DNA of 64,000 nt from Octopus sinensis (lineage: Eukaryota), in NCBI RefSeq assembly GCF_006345805.1, contig NC_043021.1, positions 9,610,001 to 9,674,000 of the forward strand, given 5' to 3'. Of the stretch, positions 1-12,760 are shown piece after piece (position 1 is the first letter of the stretch; each line of letters begins with the position of its first letter). A program made the position numbers and the translations under genes. The notes beneath the pieces were generated by a model, which searched no databases, was not told the origin of the DNA, and saw only the letters and a program-made list of their open reading frames with translations.

Positions 1-96
1 ATAGGTCAATGTTTAGGCAATTAATTGAACATTTGAACCCCTCATTATTGAAACTAACAGAGGTCCAACTACACACAAGTAGTAATATGTATGTAT

Positions 97-245
97 GCGG
101 GCATGGCTGTGTGGTTAGGGAGCTTGCTTCCTAGCTACATGGTTTCAGGTTCAGTCCCACTGCGTGACACTTTGGGCAGGTGTCTTCTGCTATAGCCCCG
201 AGTCGACCTAAGCTTTGTGATTGAATTCGGTAGGCGGAAGTTACT
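97..245 (+). mobile_element. SINE A, 5' part
   Basis: Similarity to the 6893 copy. Confidence 0.8.
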
Positions 246-571
246 GCCATGTGTGTATGTGTGCGTGTAGGTGCTCAGTGCCTCTCCGAAAGAGAGAAAG
301 GGGTATGTATGTAATTATTCAGTTTTATTTCAAGATTTCTTGCCAATAGAGAAAGAGCCTGCAGTTTTGTTTGTTTTGTTTTATGTATGTATTCTCATGC
401 ATATAGGTGCATGTTTAGACATGTGTGTATATACTCAAATGATAAACTTCTGGAAAGTTTTACAGATGTTTACAGTTCCAGTGATGGCTTGGATCTGTAG
501 TCTTCAAATTGGCTGTCTTCTTTCTGGCTTTGAGAAGCCTAATTTCTCAAGATTGATACTTAGGTAGTGTG

Positions 572-754
572 TTACATGTCCCAGTGCCCCAATAATTACA
601 GATATAAACCTGAACCTGGGTAGAATAACTGTAGATTTCTCAATAGTTCGGTGTAGGTATTTTCTTTTTCTCCTATCTTTAGCCTTTTGCTAACATCTGC
701 TGGGCAGCTGATCTCTACAACTGTACACAGTTTCTCCTCTCTGCCCCAAATCAC
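572..754 (-). mobile_element. R2-superfamily non-LTR retrotransposon fragment, restriction-like endonuclease domain
   Basis: VIWGREEKLCTVVEISCPADV...EKENTYTELLRNLQ...IIGALGHV matches the PD-(D/E)xK RLE C-terminal pattern; contains stop/frameshift. Confidence 0.65.
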
Positions 755-932
755 TAAGTATATCTGTATGTGTCTGTGTGTATGTAGAGTCAACAGATGA
801 GATCCAGAGATTCTTGGTATAGAAAACACTTAGTAGCGCTTCGAATGATCTGAATTTAGACTCTGATGTTTTTACGAGGGACCAATTCTATGAGATAAAT
901 AGTGGCTATAAGAAGAATCCAGGTGAGCAGAT

Positions 933-1158
933 ATACTCTTTTACTTGTTTCAGTCATTTGACTGTGGCCATACTGGAGCACCGCATTTAGTCGAGCAAAT
1001 CAACCCTAGTACTTATTCTATCGGTCTCTTTTGCTGAACCCCTAAGTAACAGGGACGTAAACACACCAGCATCAGTTGTCAAGCAATGTTGGGTGGACAA
1101 ACACAGACACACACATATATATATATATATACACACATATATACGACGGGCTTCTTTC
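933..1158 (-). mobile_element. SINE A, 3' part
   Basis: Similarity to the 6893 copy. Confidence 0.85.
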
Positions 1159-1761
1159 AGGTCAACATGACCGGTAGAGTGTACAGGGCAGAGGATGACT
1201 GCAAAAAAATAAGAGTGGGCGGAGAGAAAATAGCAAGAGTATAGTGGGAGAGGGAGAAATGGGAGAGAGATGGAGAGAGAGTGTGTGTGTGTGTAACCAC
1301 TGAGCCATGCACCTCCACATGTGCTCATAAATTAGTGTATGGTGGTTGGTGTTAGGAAGGGCATCCAGAACCATACCAAAGCAGACACTGGAACATGATC
1401 CAGTCCTTGACCAATTGTCAAACCATCCAGACCCATGCAGTATGGAACATGGACGTTAAACAATGATGATGACATTACATTCCAAACTGTGTCCATAATG
1501 CCTCTTTCCCCCCCTCTCTCTCTCTCTATATATATATTTGTATATGTATATATATATATATATATATATGTGCGTGATTGATAGACATAAAAATTATTGG
1601 TAGTAAGAATCTGATGAACATCAATAAAGAATGAATTAAGAGTTAAGAAAATGGAGGTTATCAGAATAAAAAGTAAGGTTTGCCCAAGATACCACGCAGT
1701 AGGACCGAACCCAGAATCATGTGGTTCGTAAGCAAACGTCTTACCACACAGCCACTCCCAC

Positions 1762-1970
1762 TGTAACATTCATGCACATTAATATTACACATCTTGAGAA
1801 GTGTATTCACATCCTCCCTTTCTAGCTTCCACAAGTCCTTTGCCTTCAAGGCCACCTCTCACTGCCATACAGAATCACACTTCACATACAACCTGGCCTT
1901 CGCTCTGAGAGAGATGCTCTTTGTTGATGATTGAGGTAGTTAGCAGCTTCCTGAACATTTTCCAACTTTT
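1762..1970 (-). mobile_element. RTE-clade LINE fragment (post-RT region)
   Basis: Across frameshifts: WKMFRKLL...SLRAKARLY...VILYGSERW / ALKAKDLWKLERED...MCNINVHE, resembling the RTE YGSETW region. Confidence 0.65.
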
Positions 1971-1989
1971 TTTTTTTACTCACCTATGG

Positions 1990-2490
1990 AAATTGTAGCT
2001 GTGATACCAGTGCCGGTGGCACGTAAGCAAACCATCTGAACGTGGCCATTGCCAGCGCGCCCCAATGGACACGGAGGCCCGTTGAGGCAGCAGTGGCAAC
2101 GTAAAAAGCACCATCCGATTGTGGCGGTTGCCAGCCTCACCTGGCCCCCGTGCCGGTGGCACATAAAAAGCACCATCCGACCGTGGCCAATCCTTACGTT
2201 TTTATTATATTTTAATTATTTAGCTTTTAATAGATTAAATCTTACAGATTCCAATTTATTTTTTCATCCTCAGAGGATCAATAAAACCCGTTTGCTAGTC
2301 CCGTCTGGCACGTAAAAAGCACCCACTACACTCACGGAGTGGTTGGCGTTAGGAAGGGCATCCAGCCGTAGAAACATTGCCAGATCGAACTGGGCCTGGT
2401 GCAGCCTTCTGGCTTCCCAGACCCCAGTTGAACCGTCCAACCCATGCCAGCATGGAAAGCGGACGCTAAATGATGATGATGATGATGATT
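1990..2490 (+). mobile_element. Retroposon family C carrying a 104-bp foreign insert
   Basis: Similarity to the 12085 copy; insert at 2186-2289. Confidence 0.8.
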
Positions 2491-2725
2491 TACCTAACTT
2501 AATTAGCAGTGGGAGTCAAGTGTATAGTAGCTCCCACTGCTAATTAGGTCACCTAACCTGCAGGCCTGGTGTTGGCATCTGGTGCAGGATAACTCCTCTT
2601 ATGGGCAACAGCTGATCTTTAGTGTTGGCTGGTAAGATATCTAGGGGATGGAAAACCGTATAAGAAAACTTCAATAAATATATCTTTTATCTTATACTTG
2701 TTTCAGTCATGCTAGGGCACTGCCT

Positions 2726-2787
<62 letters not shown>

Positions 2788-2788
<1 letters not shown>

Positions 2789-3173
2789 TCTTGTTTTAGT
2801 CATTTGACTATGGCCATGCTGGAGCACCGCCTTTAGTCAAACAAATTAAACCCAGGACTTATTCTTTGTAAGCCTAGTACTTATTCTATCAGTCTCTTTG
2901 TGCCAAACTGCTAAGTGACAGGGAAGTAAACACAGCAACATCAGTTGTCAAGCGATAATGGGGGGACACACACACAAACACACACATATATATACATATA
3001 TATATATATACACACACACAACACAATGGGCTTCTTTCAGTTTCTGTCTACCAAATCCACTCACAAGGCTTTGGTTGGCCCAAGACACTTATCCAAGGTG
3101 TCATGCAGGGGGACTGAACCCAGAACCATATGGTTGGGAACCAAGCTTCTTACCACACAGCCACTCCTGCACC

Positions 3174-3175
<2 letters not shown>
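2788..3175 (-). mobile_element. SINE A
   Basis: Similarity to the 6893 copy. Confidence 0.85.
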
Positions 3176-3204
<29 letters not shown>

Positions 3205-3378
3205 TTATATTTTGAGATTTTATTGTTTTTGCCAAATATACACATGCACTCTATACTCGTTCATCACTTCAGTTTTATTATTGTTCTTCTTCCAGTGTCC
3301 CTTGTCTGAAATCTTTCATCACATGTCCTGTGAACTCTTCACCAACTCTCCATCCCACATTTCCTCTTGTTTAGGCCA

Positions 3379-3409
<31 letters not shown>

Positions 3410-3628
3410 TTTATGTGTGTGTGTGTGTTGAATAAAATAAGCCAACAATGCCAGGGCAAACATTTATATGCTCACACATTATCTGCATTAGACTCCTCAC
3501 TCGTACTATTATTGAACCGTGAATCTAACTACCGTCCTTCCATAGCACTTACATAGACTTACCTGCCATTTTGGGTCTTCTGGATACCAAAACCTCTCAT
3601 CTATCTATCTATCTATATATATATATTT

Positions 3629-3828
3629 TACATACATTTAAGAGGGATGACCACTAAGTGGACATCCATTATGCTAGAAGTCGAACCCCCTATGTCTATG
3701 ATTGTTCCCCCACCACTCAGAAAGGAAATTTTCTTGAGAACATTCCTTTCTTAGTGGTAAGACCATAGGGGGTCGACTTCAAGCATAATGGATGTCTACT
3801 TAGTAGTCATCCCTCTTATACGTATGTA
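3629..3828. mobile_element. 200-bp foldback MITE-like element
   Basis: Imperfect arms of about 65 bp: tacatac..taagagggatgac(c/t)actaagt(g/a)gacatccattatgct.. Confidence 0.65.
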
Positions 3829-3983
3829 ATATAATTTTTCTGAATCAGCAGATTTTTCTATATGCTAGACCACTGGTTTTAAATTGATATTAATCAAATT
3901 AATATTCAATTTTTCACCCTTATTATTTCATATATATATATATATAGGCAAATCAATAATAACAGACGATGGATAAATGTCAG

Positions 3984-4065
3984 TTCATTACAGCTGTTTC
4001 TCATGCATTTTTAATAGACAAATGTCTACATTACATCATTGCAAAAACCACAGTCATCCGATGAA
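3984..4065 (-). ncRNA. Degenerate type-I hammerhead motif (U4G)
   Basis: Minus strand: ttcat-CGGATGA-(about 53 nt)-GAAAC-AGCT-GTA-atgaa; palindromic ACAGCTGT stem III. Confidence 0.45.
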
Positions 4066-4326
4066 ACATATAATTTCAAAACAATAGAAGGATTTCCCAT
4101 GTGAGACACTCTAGACTAAACAGCGTATGGTTGACACAATGTGTACTTTTAGACCAGCCCCTAGGCACTAAATACTCGTAGGGGTGGTTTTCTCTGTGTG
4201 CACAACCTGAATATTCTACTGGATATTTAATCGACCATAGGTGGTGATCACAGGTTAATCCAACCCTACCTGGTACATATAATTTAAGTACCTGATTCTC
4301 TTAATCCTTATTATTAATAATATATT

Positions 4327-4371
<45 letters not shown>

Positions 4372-5063
4372 ATAGGTGCAGGAGTGGCTGTGTGGTAAGT
4401 AGCTTGCTTACCAACCACTTGGTTCTGGGTTTAGTCCCACTGCATGGCACCTTGGCTATGGGGGAAATATTACCATGCTTGGGAACAAGTAAGGGTTGGC
4501 AACTGGTAGAGCATCCAATTGTAGAAAATCTGCTTCAGCAAACTTTGTCTGAGCTATGCAACTATGGAAAAGTGGATGTTAAATCGATAATTATAATGAC
4601 AATAACGGTCTTATTGAATAATTAGATGGCTATCAAATGACTAAATGAAGCAATTTCCTTAATATCATCATCATTTAACACTCGTTTTTCCATGCTGGTA
4701 TGGGTTGGACAGTTCAACAGCATTTTGCATGCTACAGAGCTGTGCTGAAATTCCAGTGTCAGCTTGGCATGTTTTCTACAGCTGGATGTCCTTTCTAATG
4801 TCAACCATCTTAGAGTGTGTACTGGGTGGCAACCTCACTAGTGCCAGTGGCATATGGGTGCTTTTTTTCATGCCCCTGACCCTTGTGAAGTTGCTAAGTT
4901 AGTTGCTAGACAGAAAATAACAGGAAAGAAAAAAGTAACATGACCTTATTTACCAGGTTGCATGCACAAAATTACTCAAGCGTGGCAACACCAATGAAAA
5001 TAACAATGAAAACAAAACCACAGAATTGTAAATATAATTTGAAACAAGGTATAAGGATGTCTA

Positions 5064-5567
5064 CTGTAAATCCTTGAGTATAATACGCAGGGGATTTTTA
5101 GGGGGCTGTACCTCTGAAAAACCTAAACCCTGTGTATAATACGCACCCCTTCTCTAACTTGAGTCGTGCATAATTAAGCCAGCAGCACCTAGTCAAACAA
5201 ACACTTCCGTGCATGCGTAATACAGTAATGGTGATGTTCTTAACTGTTGTATGGGAATGTAAATATGTTTGCAAATTTTTTTTGTTACATGTTATTCTGT
5301 GTTCTGAATACTTTTATTTTTATAAATGTTGTTTACTGCAAGTTATGGATGATTCTTTTATGACTTCATTGCTTTCAGGCTTAGCTTAAGATATTTTCGC
5401 GCCCGCCATCACAAAATGCATCTGAATAAACATTGCCGGACAGCAAATAGAGACTCGGACATTGCTAAGAAAATATTTTTCAATTTTAACCTCGTATATT
5501 GTACGCACTAGGGATTTTGACCTTTAAATTTTGGGGGAAAAATGTGGACTTACTCAAGGATTTACAG
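5064..5567. mobile_element. Tc1/pogo(Tigger)-like MITE
   Basis: Perfect terminal inverted repeat tactgtaaatccttgagta (5062-80) / tactcaaggatttacagta (5551-69), including TA flanks. Confidence 0.75.
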
Positions 5568-6892
5568 TATGTAGCAGCAACTATGATACTATTAGCATTT
5601 GAAAGAAAAACTCGCATTTGGAAAGCCAAGATAATTGCATTTTGATATAGTCACCACAACAAACATTTGAGTCAGTGGTTTAGCTGAATAGATTGACCAC
5701 AGTTACTGCTCGTAATGGGTTTTATCGATCCTCTGAGGATGAAAAAATAAATTGGAATCTGTAAGATTTAATCTATTAAAAGCTAAATAATTAAAATATA
5801 ATAAAAACGTAAGGATTGGCAGTACAGATCACCACCACCACGCCCCGTTCTCTGTAGATCAATATCATCTGCTGAACAAAGTCAGTGGGAAAAACTTGTA
5901 ATTTGCAGCTAAATATCTCTCAAATCACACCTTACTTGTTGGAGAATATTTGAGAGGGAGAGATGGCTTTATACCAGGTGCTGAGAAGCTGAAGTATTAC
6001 AGAGGGACTAGAACAGGTGTTTTGTTATATATGCATATAAATGAAATAAGTTTACATGTACTTTTTCTCACGTACAAACTTGCTACGTTTTCCCCCTTTA
6101 TAAGTTAAACTCTCTTGTAATGTTTTGCATTTATTTTGTAAGATATGGAAGCGTGTATCGAAAAAGTGTTTCGTTTATTGAGAGGATACAGGTGAAGGCA
6201 CATGGCTCAAATTTGATTTCGATTTTTAGGCTCTACATTTGAATTACCTCTATTTCCAGATCTTTCTATTATTATTATTATTATTAGTAGTAGTAGTAGT
6301 AGTAGTAGTAGTATAATTAAGACAGCAAGCTGGTAGAATCGTTAGCATGCTGGGGAAAATGCTTAGCTGTATTTCATCTGTCTTCATGTTTTGAGTTCAA
6401 ATTCCACCGAGGTCGACTTTGCCTTTCATCCTCCCCCAAATTCCAAGCCTTTTGCCTGTAGTAGAAAGCATTATTATTATTATTGTAGTATCTTTTGTCT
6501 AAGCTCTTTCGTCACACATCCTGTGACCTCTTAGCTATTTTAACCACTTAGCTATGTGCCTCCACACGCACACATACACATATATATAGTGTGGAAGCAC
6601 ATGGCCTAGTGGTTAGAGTAGCAGACTTGCAGTCAAGAGATTGTGGGTTCGAATCTCAGACCGGGCAATGTGTGTGTTTATGAGTGAAACACCTAAGCTC
6701 CATGCGGCTTCGGCAGAAGGTAATGGCGAACTTCTGCTGACTCTTTGCCACAACTTTCTCTCACTCTTTCCTCCTGCATCTTGCAGCTCACCTGTGGCAA
6801 CGTAAGCACACCAACACTGGTTGTCAAGCGATGGTGGAGAGGACGTGTCCATAATGCCTCTGCCCCACCCTCTCTCTATATGTATTAGTAAC

Positions 6893-7290
6893 ATTAGGTG
6901 CAAGAGTGGCTGTGTGGTAGGTAGCTTGCTTACCAACCACATGGTTCCGGGTTCTGTCCCACTGCGTGGCACCTTGGGCAAGTGTCTTCTGCTATAGCCT
7001 CGGGCCGACCAAAGCCTTGTGAGTGGATTTGGTAGACGGAAACTGAAAGAAGCCCGTCGTAGATATGTATATATATATGTGAGTGTGTGTCTGTGTTTGT
7101 CCCCCCCCCAACATCGCTTGACAACCGATGCTGGTGTGTTTACGTCCCCGTAACTTAGCGGTTCAGCAAAAGAGACCGATAGAATAAGTACTAGGCTTAT
7201 AAAGAATAAGTCCCGGGGTCGATTTGCTCGGCTAAAGGCAGTGCTCCAGCATGGCCGCATTCAAACGCCTGAAACAAGTAAAAGAGTATG
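6893..7290 (+). mobile_element. SINE family A (tRNA-like head, CORE-like accttgggcaagt, internal TA/TG microsatellite), full length
   Basis: Representative copy; about 26 copies in the window. Confidence 0.9.
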
Positions 7291-7818
7291 AATAAAGGAA
7301 GCAAGCGGCCAAAAGGGAGCGCCTATGTGGTTACTAGACTGACAAGAAAAAGCAGTCAAAGTCTCCCTTAAAATCGCACTACGATCATCTTAAGAAATGA
7401 AGGATACATTGGATAACTCTATCGGGATGGTCTATGCAGGAGTGTCTTTAATGTGTTGGGTAAAGGCTGAACTAGGACTTTGGTATAAGCGGTTTGCAGT
7501 TATGTTTTTGTTGATGTTCCTCCTCGGGTTAATTTATATTTAATAAACCCTGTGACCAAAAGAATTCCATTTATGAGCATCTCATTATTTGGGGGCTATT
7601 TAAATCTGCTTGGATGTTAAATTTATCCCTGCCTCTTGGAAATTTCCAAATTTGCTCCATCAGCAAATTTTTTCAAAAAATATTTTTGCAAGCTGATGAC
7701 GAAAATCACATTCGTTTTTATTATTAATATTTTTTTCCTAGAAATTAATAATATTGAAATTGCAAGCACTTAAAGTTACATAATTTTAGCCTATCAAATG
7801 CGTTCGTTGCGAACATAT

Positions 7819-8156
7819 TCGCAGGTCGGAACTGTTTGTTGTCATGGAAATCAGCGAAGATGGAGATAAGTCAACGGAGACAAAACCTTACGTGGTCTCT
7901 CGAACTGCTAGAAATAGTAGCAAAATCTTCCTTATACTTCACTATAACGTCCAAAAACATATATATATATATACAGAAAGGGTGGCATCGCAGGTCGGAA
8001 CTGTTTGTTGTCATGGAAATCAGCGAAGATGGAGATAAGTCATCGAAGACAAAACCTTTACGTGGTCTCTCGAACTGCTAGAAATAGTAGTAAAATCTTC
8101 CTTATACTACACCATAACGTCAAAAAAATATATATATATATACAGAAAGGGTGGCA
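7819..8156. repeat. 169-bp tandem duplication
   Basis: tcgcaggtcggaactg... starts at 7819 and 7988. Confidence 0.88.
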
Positions 8157-8749
8157 CATTATATGACTTAGCTGGCGTATTGGCTTTTTTCATTCATAAT
8201 TAGCGCACCAAGTGGTCGAAAGACAATTTAGGCAAAATCCTTCTACGTTAAACACGTCATTTCCTTTCGTAAGATGGTGACGGTGTGTGGTTTTTAAGGG
8301 AGATTTCTAAACAAGTCGAGCAACAACACTTGAGTAAACCTCAGCGCAAGGTAGCTGGGGTTACTAGAAAATGTATTTTTATAAGCTGGTCAGTGGATGA
8401 CCGGCCTATAAAGAGCGTAAGGGTTGTCGGTGCAGATCACACCACCACCACATTCGCACTCGTCTTGTAGATCAATATCATCTGCAAAACAGAGTCGGCG
8501 GGGAAGACCTGCAGTTTCCAGCTAAATTTCCCTCAAATCGCACTTTTTTTTACCTTTCTCGTCTTAAAGAAAACAACGACACATTGAATAATGTAGTCTT
8601 AGGTAGACTATGAACTGAATGAAATACTGGACGACGGCGGTGATGATGACGTTACATTCCATTTGATAATGATGAGGTCTACTGGATTATGAGGTGACCT
8701 GGGGTTAAACAGCTGCTCCCTATATAAACCTCATCTCCCACCCTCTCCC

Positions 8750-8752
8750 TAT

Positions 8753-8797
<45 letters not shown>

Positions 8798-9030
8798 GTG
8801 TGTATATATATGTATATGTGTGCATATATATGTATATGTGTGTATATATATGTATATATATATATGTGTGTGTGTGAGTATATATGTATATGTGTGTATA
8901 TATATATGTGTGGTGTGTGTGTGAGTATATATGTACATGTGTGTACATATGTATATATATGTGTGTATATATATATATATATATGTGTATGTACATACAC
9001 ACACATCCATATACACATATATACATACAC
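8750..9030. repeat. Compound (TA)/(TG) microsatellite
   Basis: Direct reading. Confidence 0.95.
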
Positions 9031-9372
9031 GCACCACTTGAACAACTGCTACTTATCCTTACACACACCATCCCCCCCTACTACTAAACCACAACACCGT
9101 CAAGATACATACCACCACCGTTTCCACTCCTGCTTACCAACTACACTCAGTCCGCACCATCTACCACCATCACCATCACCATCTACACACTCAGTCACAG
9201 TACATACCACCAACTACTAAATACACTTTGTCAAGATATACCGCCACCACTACCAGCACCACCACCGCCATTGCCGGCATTCCAGACATTGTATATTTCT
9301 TTCTCCTCCATCAAGTCTGTCAGAACATTTCTACACTATTTTCACCCTTTTCTCAACTATATAGTTGTTTGC

Positions 9373-9412
<40 letters not shown>

Positions 9413-9490
9413 TGTATGTGTGTGCACATTTGTATATGTGTATGGTTGAGTTCTTACACTCTAAAGTAAATTGTGTGTATGTGTACACAT

Positions 9491-9545
<55 letters not shown>

Positions 9546-9671
9546 ATTAGGTAAACGTTTGTGTTTACAAACAACATGGAGCAGCAGTATTTGATACAAG
9601 TCTGTAGTTTTTATTTGTGATGCCGAAAGTTCACGAAATGTAACCTTTTAATTTCCTGTACCTGATCTTCA

Positions 9672-10187
9672 GGTTTGTGTGTGTGTGTATATTTGTATGT
9701 GTGTGAATGAGTATTTGCACATGTGTATATGTGTGTGTGTGTATGTGTGCATGTATGTATGTGTGTGTATATATGTTTATATGTATATATATGTGTGTGT
9801 ATATATGTATATATATATTGTGTGTGTATATATATGTGTATATATTGTGTGTGTATATATGTATGTGTGTATATATGTATATATATATTGTGTGTGTATA
9901 TGTGTGTGTATATATATGTATAATATGTGTGTATATATATATGTATAATATGTGAGTATATATGTATATATATATGTGTATATATGTATATATATATGTG
10001 TGTGTATATATGTATATATGTGTGTGTATATATGTATATGTATATGTGTGTATATATATGTATATATATGTATATGTGTGTATATATATGTATATATATG
10101 TGTGTGTGTATGTATATATATGTGTGTGTGTATGTATATGTGTATATATGTATATATAAATGTGTGTGTATATATGTATATGTATAT
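9672..10187. repeat. Compound (TA)/(TG) microsatellite
   Basis: Direct reading. Confidence 0.95.
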
Positions 10188-10547
10188 CATCGTCATTATC
10201 ATTTAACATCTGTTTTCCATGCTGGTTTGGGCCGGACAGTTTGACAGGAACTGGACAGCAGAAAAGCTGCCCAGACTTCATGTTGGTTTTGGCATAGATT
10301 CTACGGCTGGATGACGTTCCTAATGCCATCCACTCTACAGAGTGGACTGGGTGCTTTTACACAGCACTGGCATGAGTGCTTCTAACATGGCACTGGTATG
10401 GGTGCTTTTTACATGGCACCAGCATCCATGACCCCACAAGATTAGGGACGATCAGCTGGAAATGGATGCAGGGGACATGCCTGTATACAAGAACGACCAT
10501 GCTTTTACTTAGCTTGATATATATATGTATGTATATTGTTTATAGAT

Positions 10548-11170
10548 GCAAGCATGACTGTGTGGTAAGAAGCTTGCTTCTCAACCGTATGGTTCCAGGT
10601 CCAGTCCCACTGCATGGAACCTTGGGCAAGTGTCTTCTAGAGCCCGAGCCAACCAAAGCCTTGTGAGTGGATCTGGTAGGCAGAAACTGAAAGAATGCAG
10701 CAAGCTGGCAGAATCGTTAGCACGCCGGACGAAATGCTTAGCGGTATTTCGTCTGCTGTTACGATCTGAGTTCAAATTCCACCGGGATCAACTTTGCCTT
10801 TCATCCTTTCGGGGTCGATAAACTAAGTACCAGTTACGCACTGGGGTCGATGTAATTGACTTAACCCCTTTGTCTGTCCTTGTTTGTCCCCTCTATGTTT
10901 AGCCCCTTATGGGCAATAAAGAAATAAGAAACTGAAAGAAGTCCATCATATATCTATGTGCGTGTCTTTGTGTTTGTCCCCACCATCACTGCTTGATAAA
11001 TGGTGTTGTTGTGTTTATGTCCCCATAACCTAGTGTTTCGGCAAAAGAGACTGATAGAATAGGTATTAGGTTTAAAAGATACGTCCTGGGGTGGTTTGTT
11101 TGACTAAAACTTCTCAAAGCAGTGCTCCAGCATGGCCGCAGTCAAATGACTAAAACAAGTAAAAGAATAA
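10548..11170 (+). mobile_element. SINE A interrupted by a SINE B insertion
   Basis: The A sequence resumes after the B copy; 14-bp TSD. Confidence 0.85.
10696..10926 (+). mobile_element. SINE family B (gctggcagaatcgttagcacg... head)
   Basis: Pol III-like head ending gagttcaaattcc; TSD agaaactgaaagaa; further copies near 6322, 26775, 26955, 39958, 42905, 51090, 53068, 62775 and 63148. Confidence 0.88.
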
Positions 11171-11197
11171 AACAATATGTACATGTGTGTGTGTGTA

Positions 11198-11935
11198 CAT
11201 TTTTACTTGTTTCTGTCAGTGGACTGCGGCCGTGCTGGAGCACCACACTCGAGTTTTAGTCATGCAAATTGACTCCAATGCTTTTTTCCTTTTAAGCTTT
11301 GTACTTATTCTATTGGTTTCTTTTCTGCCAAACTGCTAAGTTACAGGGACATAAACAAACCATACCAGTTGCTGAGCAGGACAAGCAGATAGATAGTTAG
11401 ATAGGCAGGTAGGCAGGCAGGCAGACAGATAGATAGATAGGTAGATAGATAGATAGATAGATAGACAGGCAGATAGATAGATAGACAGGCAGATAGATAG
11501 ATAGATAGGCAGATAGACAGATAGATAGGCAGACAGACAGATAGATAGGTAGACAGACAGATAGATAGGTAGGCAGATAGATAGATAGGCAGATAGATAG
11601 ATAGACAGACAGATAGATAGATAGGCATATAGACAGATAGATAGATAGATAGGCAGACAGATAGACAGATAGATAAATAGATAGATAGATAGGCAGACGG
11701 ACAGATAGATAGATAGGCAGATAGATTGATAGACAGGCAGACAGACAGATAGACAGGCAGACAGACAGATAGATAGACAGGCAGACAGACAATGAGCTGT
11801 GTTCATTTTTTGTCTATGAAATCCCCTCACCAACCTTTGATCTGCCTGAGTCTTTAGAAAAAAGACATTTGCCCAAGATGTCATGCAGTGGGACTAAACC
11901 TGGAACCATGTGATTGGGAAGTGGACTTCTTTCCA
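11198..11935 (-). mobile_element. SINE A with an expanded internal GATA-type array
   Basis: SINE halves flank 11388-11790. Confidence 0.7.
11388..11790. repeat. GATA/GACA/GGCA tetranucleotide array
   Basis: Direct reading. Confidence 0.95.
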
Positions 11936-12084
11936 AACAATCACATTGAAATTGCTATATTTAACCTTTTAGCATTCAGATTACTCTGTCAAGTGTTATG
12001 CTTATTCAGACTGCTTTGAATTACTCATGCAGTGTATTGAAGCTTCAAGATTTCAAGGAAGCACTCGTCTATTTTTAGAATGAT

Positions 12085-12760
12085 ACTGTCGGTGGCACGT
12101 AAAAGCACCATCTGTTCGTGTTCGTTGCCAGCCTCGGCTGGCCCCCGTGCCGGTGACACGTAAAAGCACCGTCCGTTTGTGGCCGTTTGCCAGCTCTGTC
12201 TGGCCCCGTGTCGGTGGCACGTAAAAGCACCATCCGCTCGTGTTCATTGCCAGCCTCGGCTGGCCCCCATGCCGGTGACACGTAAAAGCACCATCCGTGC
12301 GTGGCCGTTTGCCAGCTCTGTCTGGCCCCGTGTCGGTGGCACGTAAAAGCACCATCCGCTCGTGTTCGTTGCCAGCCTCGGCTGGCCCCCGTGCCGGTGA
12401 CACGTAAAAGCACCGCCCGTTCGTGGCCGTTTGCCAGCTCTGTCTGGCCCCGTGTCGGTGGCACGTAAAAGCACCATCCGCTCGTGTTCGTTGCCAGCCT
12501 CGGCTGGCCCCGTGCCGGTGAAACGTAAAAGCACCATCCGTTCGTGGCCGTTGTGCCAGCTCTGTCTGGCACCTGTGCAGGTGGCACGTAAAAATCACAC
12601 CACTACACTCGCGGAGTGGTTGGCGTTAGGAAGGGCATCCAGCCGTAGAAACACTGCCAAATCTGACTGGGCCTGATGAAGCCTTCCGGCTTCACAGACC
12701 CCAGTTAAACCATCCAACCCATGCTAGCATGGAAAACAGACGCTAAATGATGATGATGAT
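12085..12760 (+). mobile_element. Retroposon family C (internal 61-bp tandem array, ggttggcgttaggaagggcatcc body, (GAT)n tail)
   Basis: Body and tail shared with copies near 1340, 1990, 4670, 10188, 23578, 26385, 42475, 48530, 61187 and 62920. Confidence 0.8.
12090..12592. repeat. 61-bp tandem array with alternating A/B monomers (122-bp dimer)
   Basis: cacgtaaaagcacc recurs at 12096, 12157, 12218, 12279, 12340, 12401, 12462, 12522 and 12585. Confidence 0.9.

Noticed and set aside
271-302. Possible 32-nt micro-exon (tgtag|...|gtatgt)
   Set aside because: Peptide not recognised and no partner exons found; splice motifs arise easily next to TG repeats
2186-5820. Inversion or large transposon bounded by 104-bp TIRs
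   Set aside because: The host retroposon continues on both sides of the left copy and there is no TSD; templated insertion fits better
6893-6965. tRNA-like sequences at SINE heads
   Set aside because: A/B-box-like motifs only; no complete cloverleaf, and each is followed by a SINE body
8679-11884. Long Y/I/H/T/C/V- and LSIY-rich ORFs (also at 29.5-30.4 kb)
   Set aside because: They are translations of microsatellites
12090-12592. CRISPR-like repeat-spacer appearance
   Set aside because: The apparent spacers alternate between two fixed sequences, the array lies inside a retroposon, and there are no cas genes in this eukaryotic context
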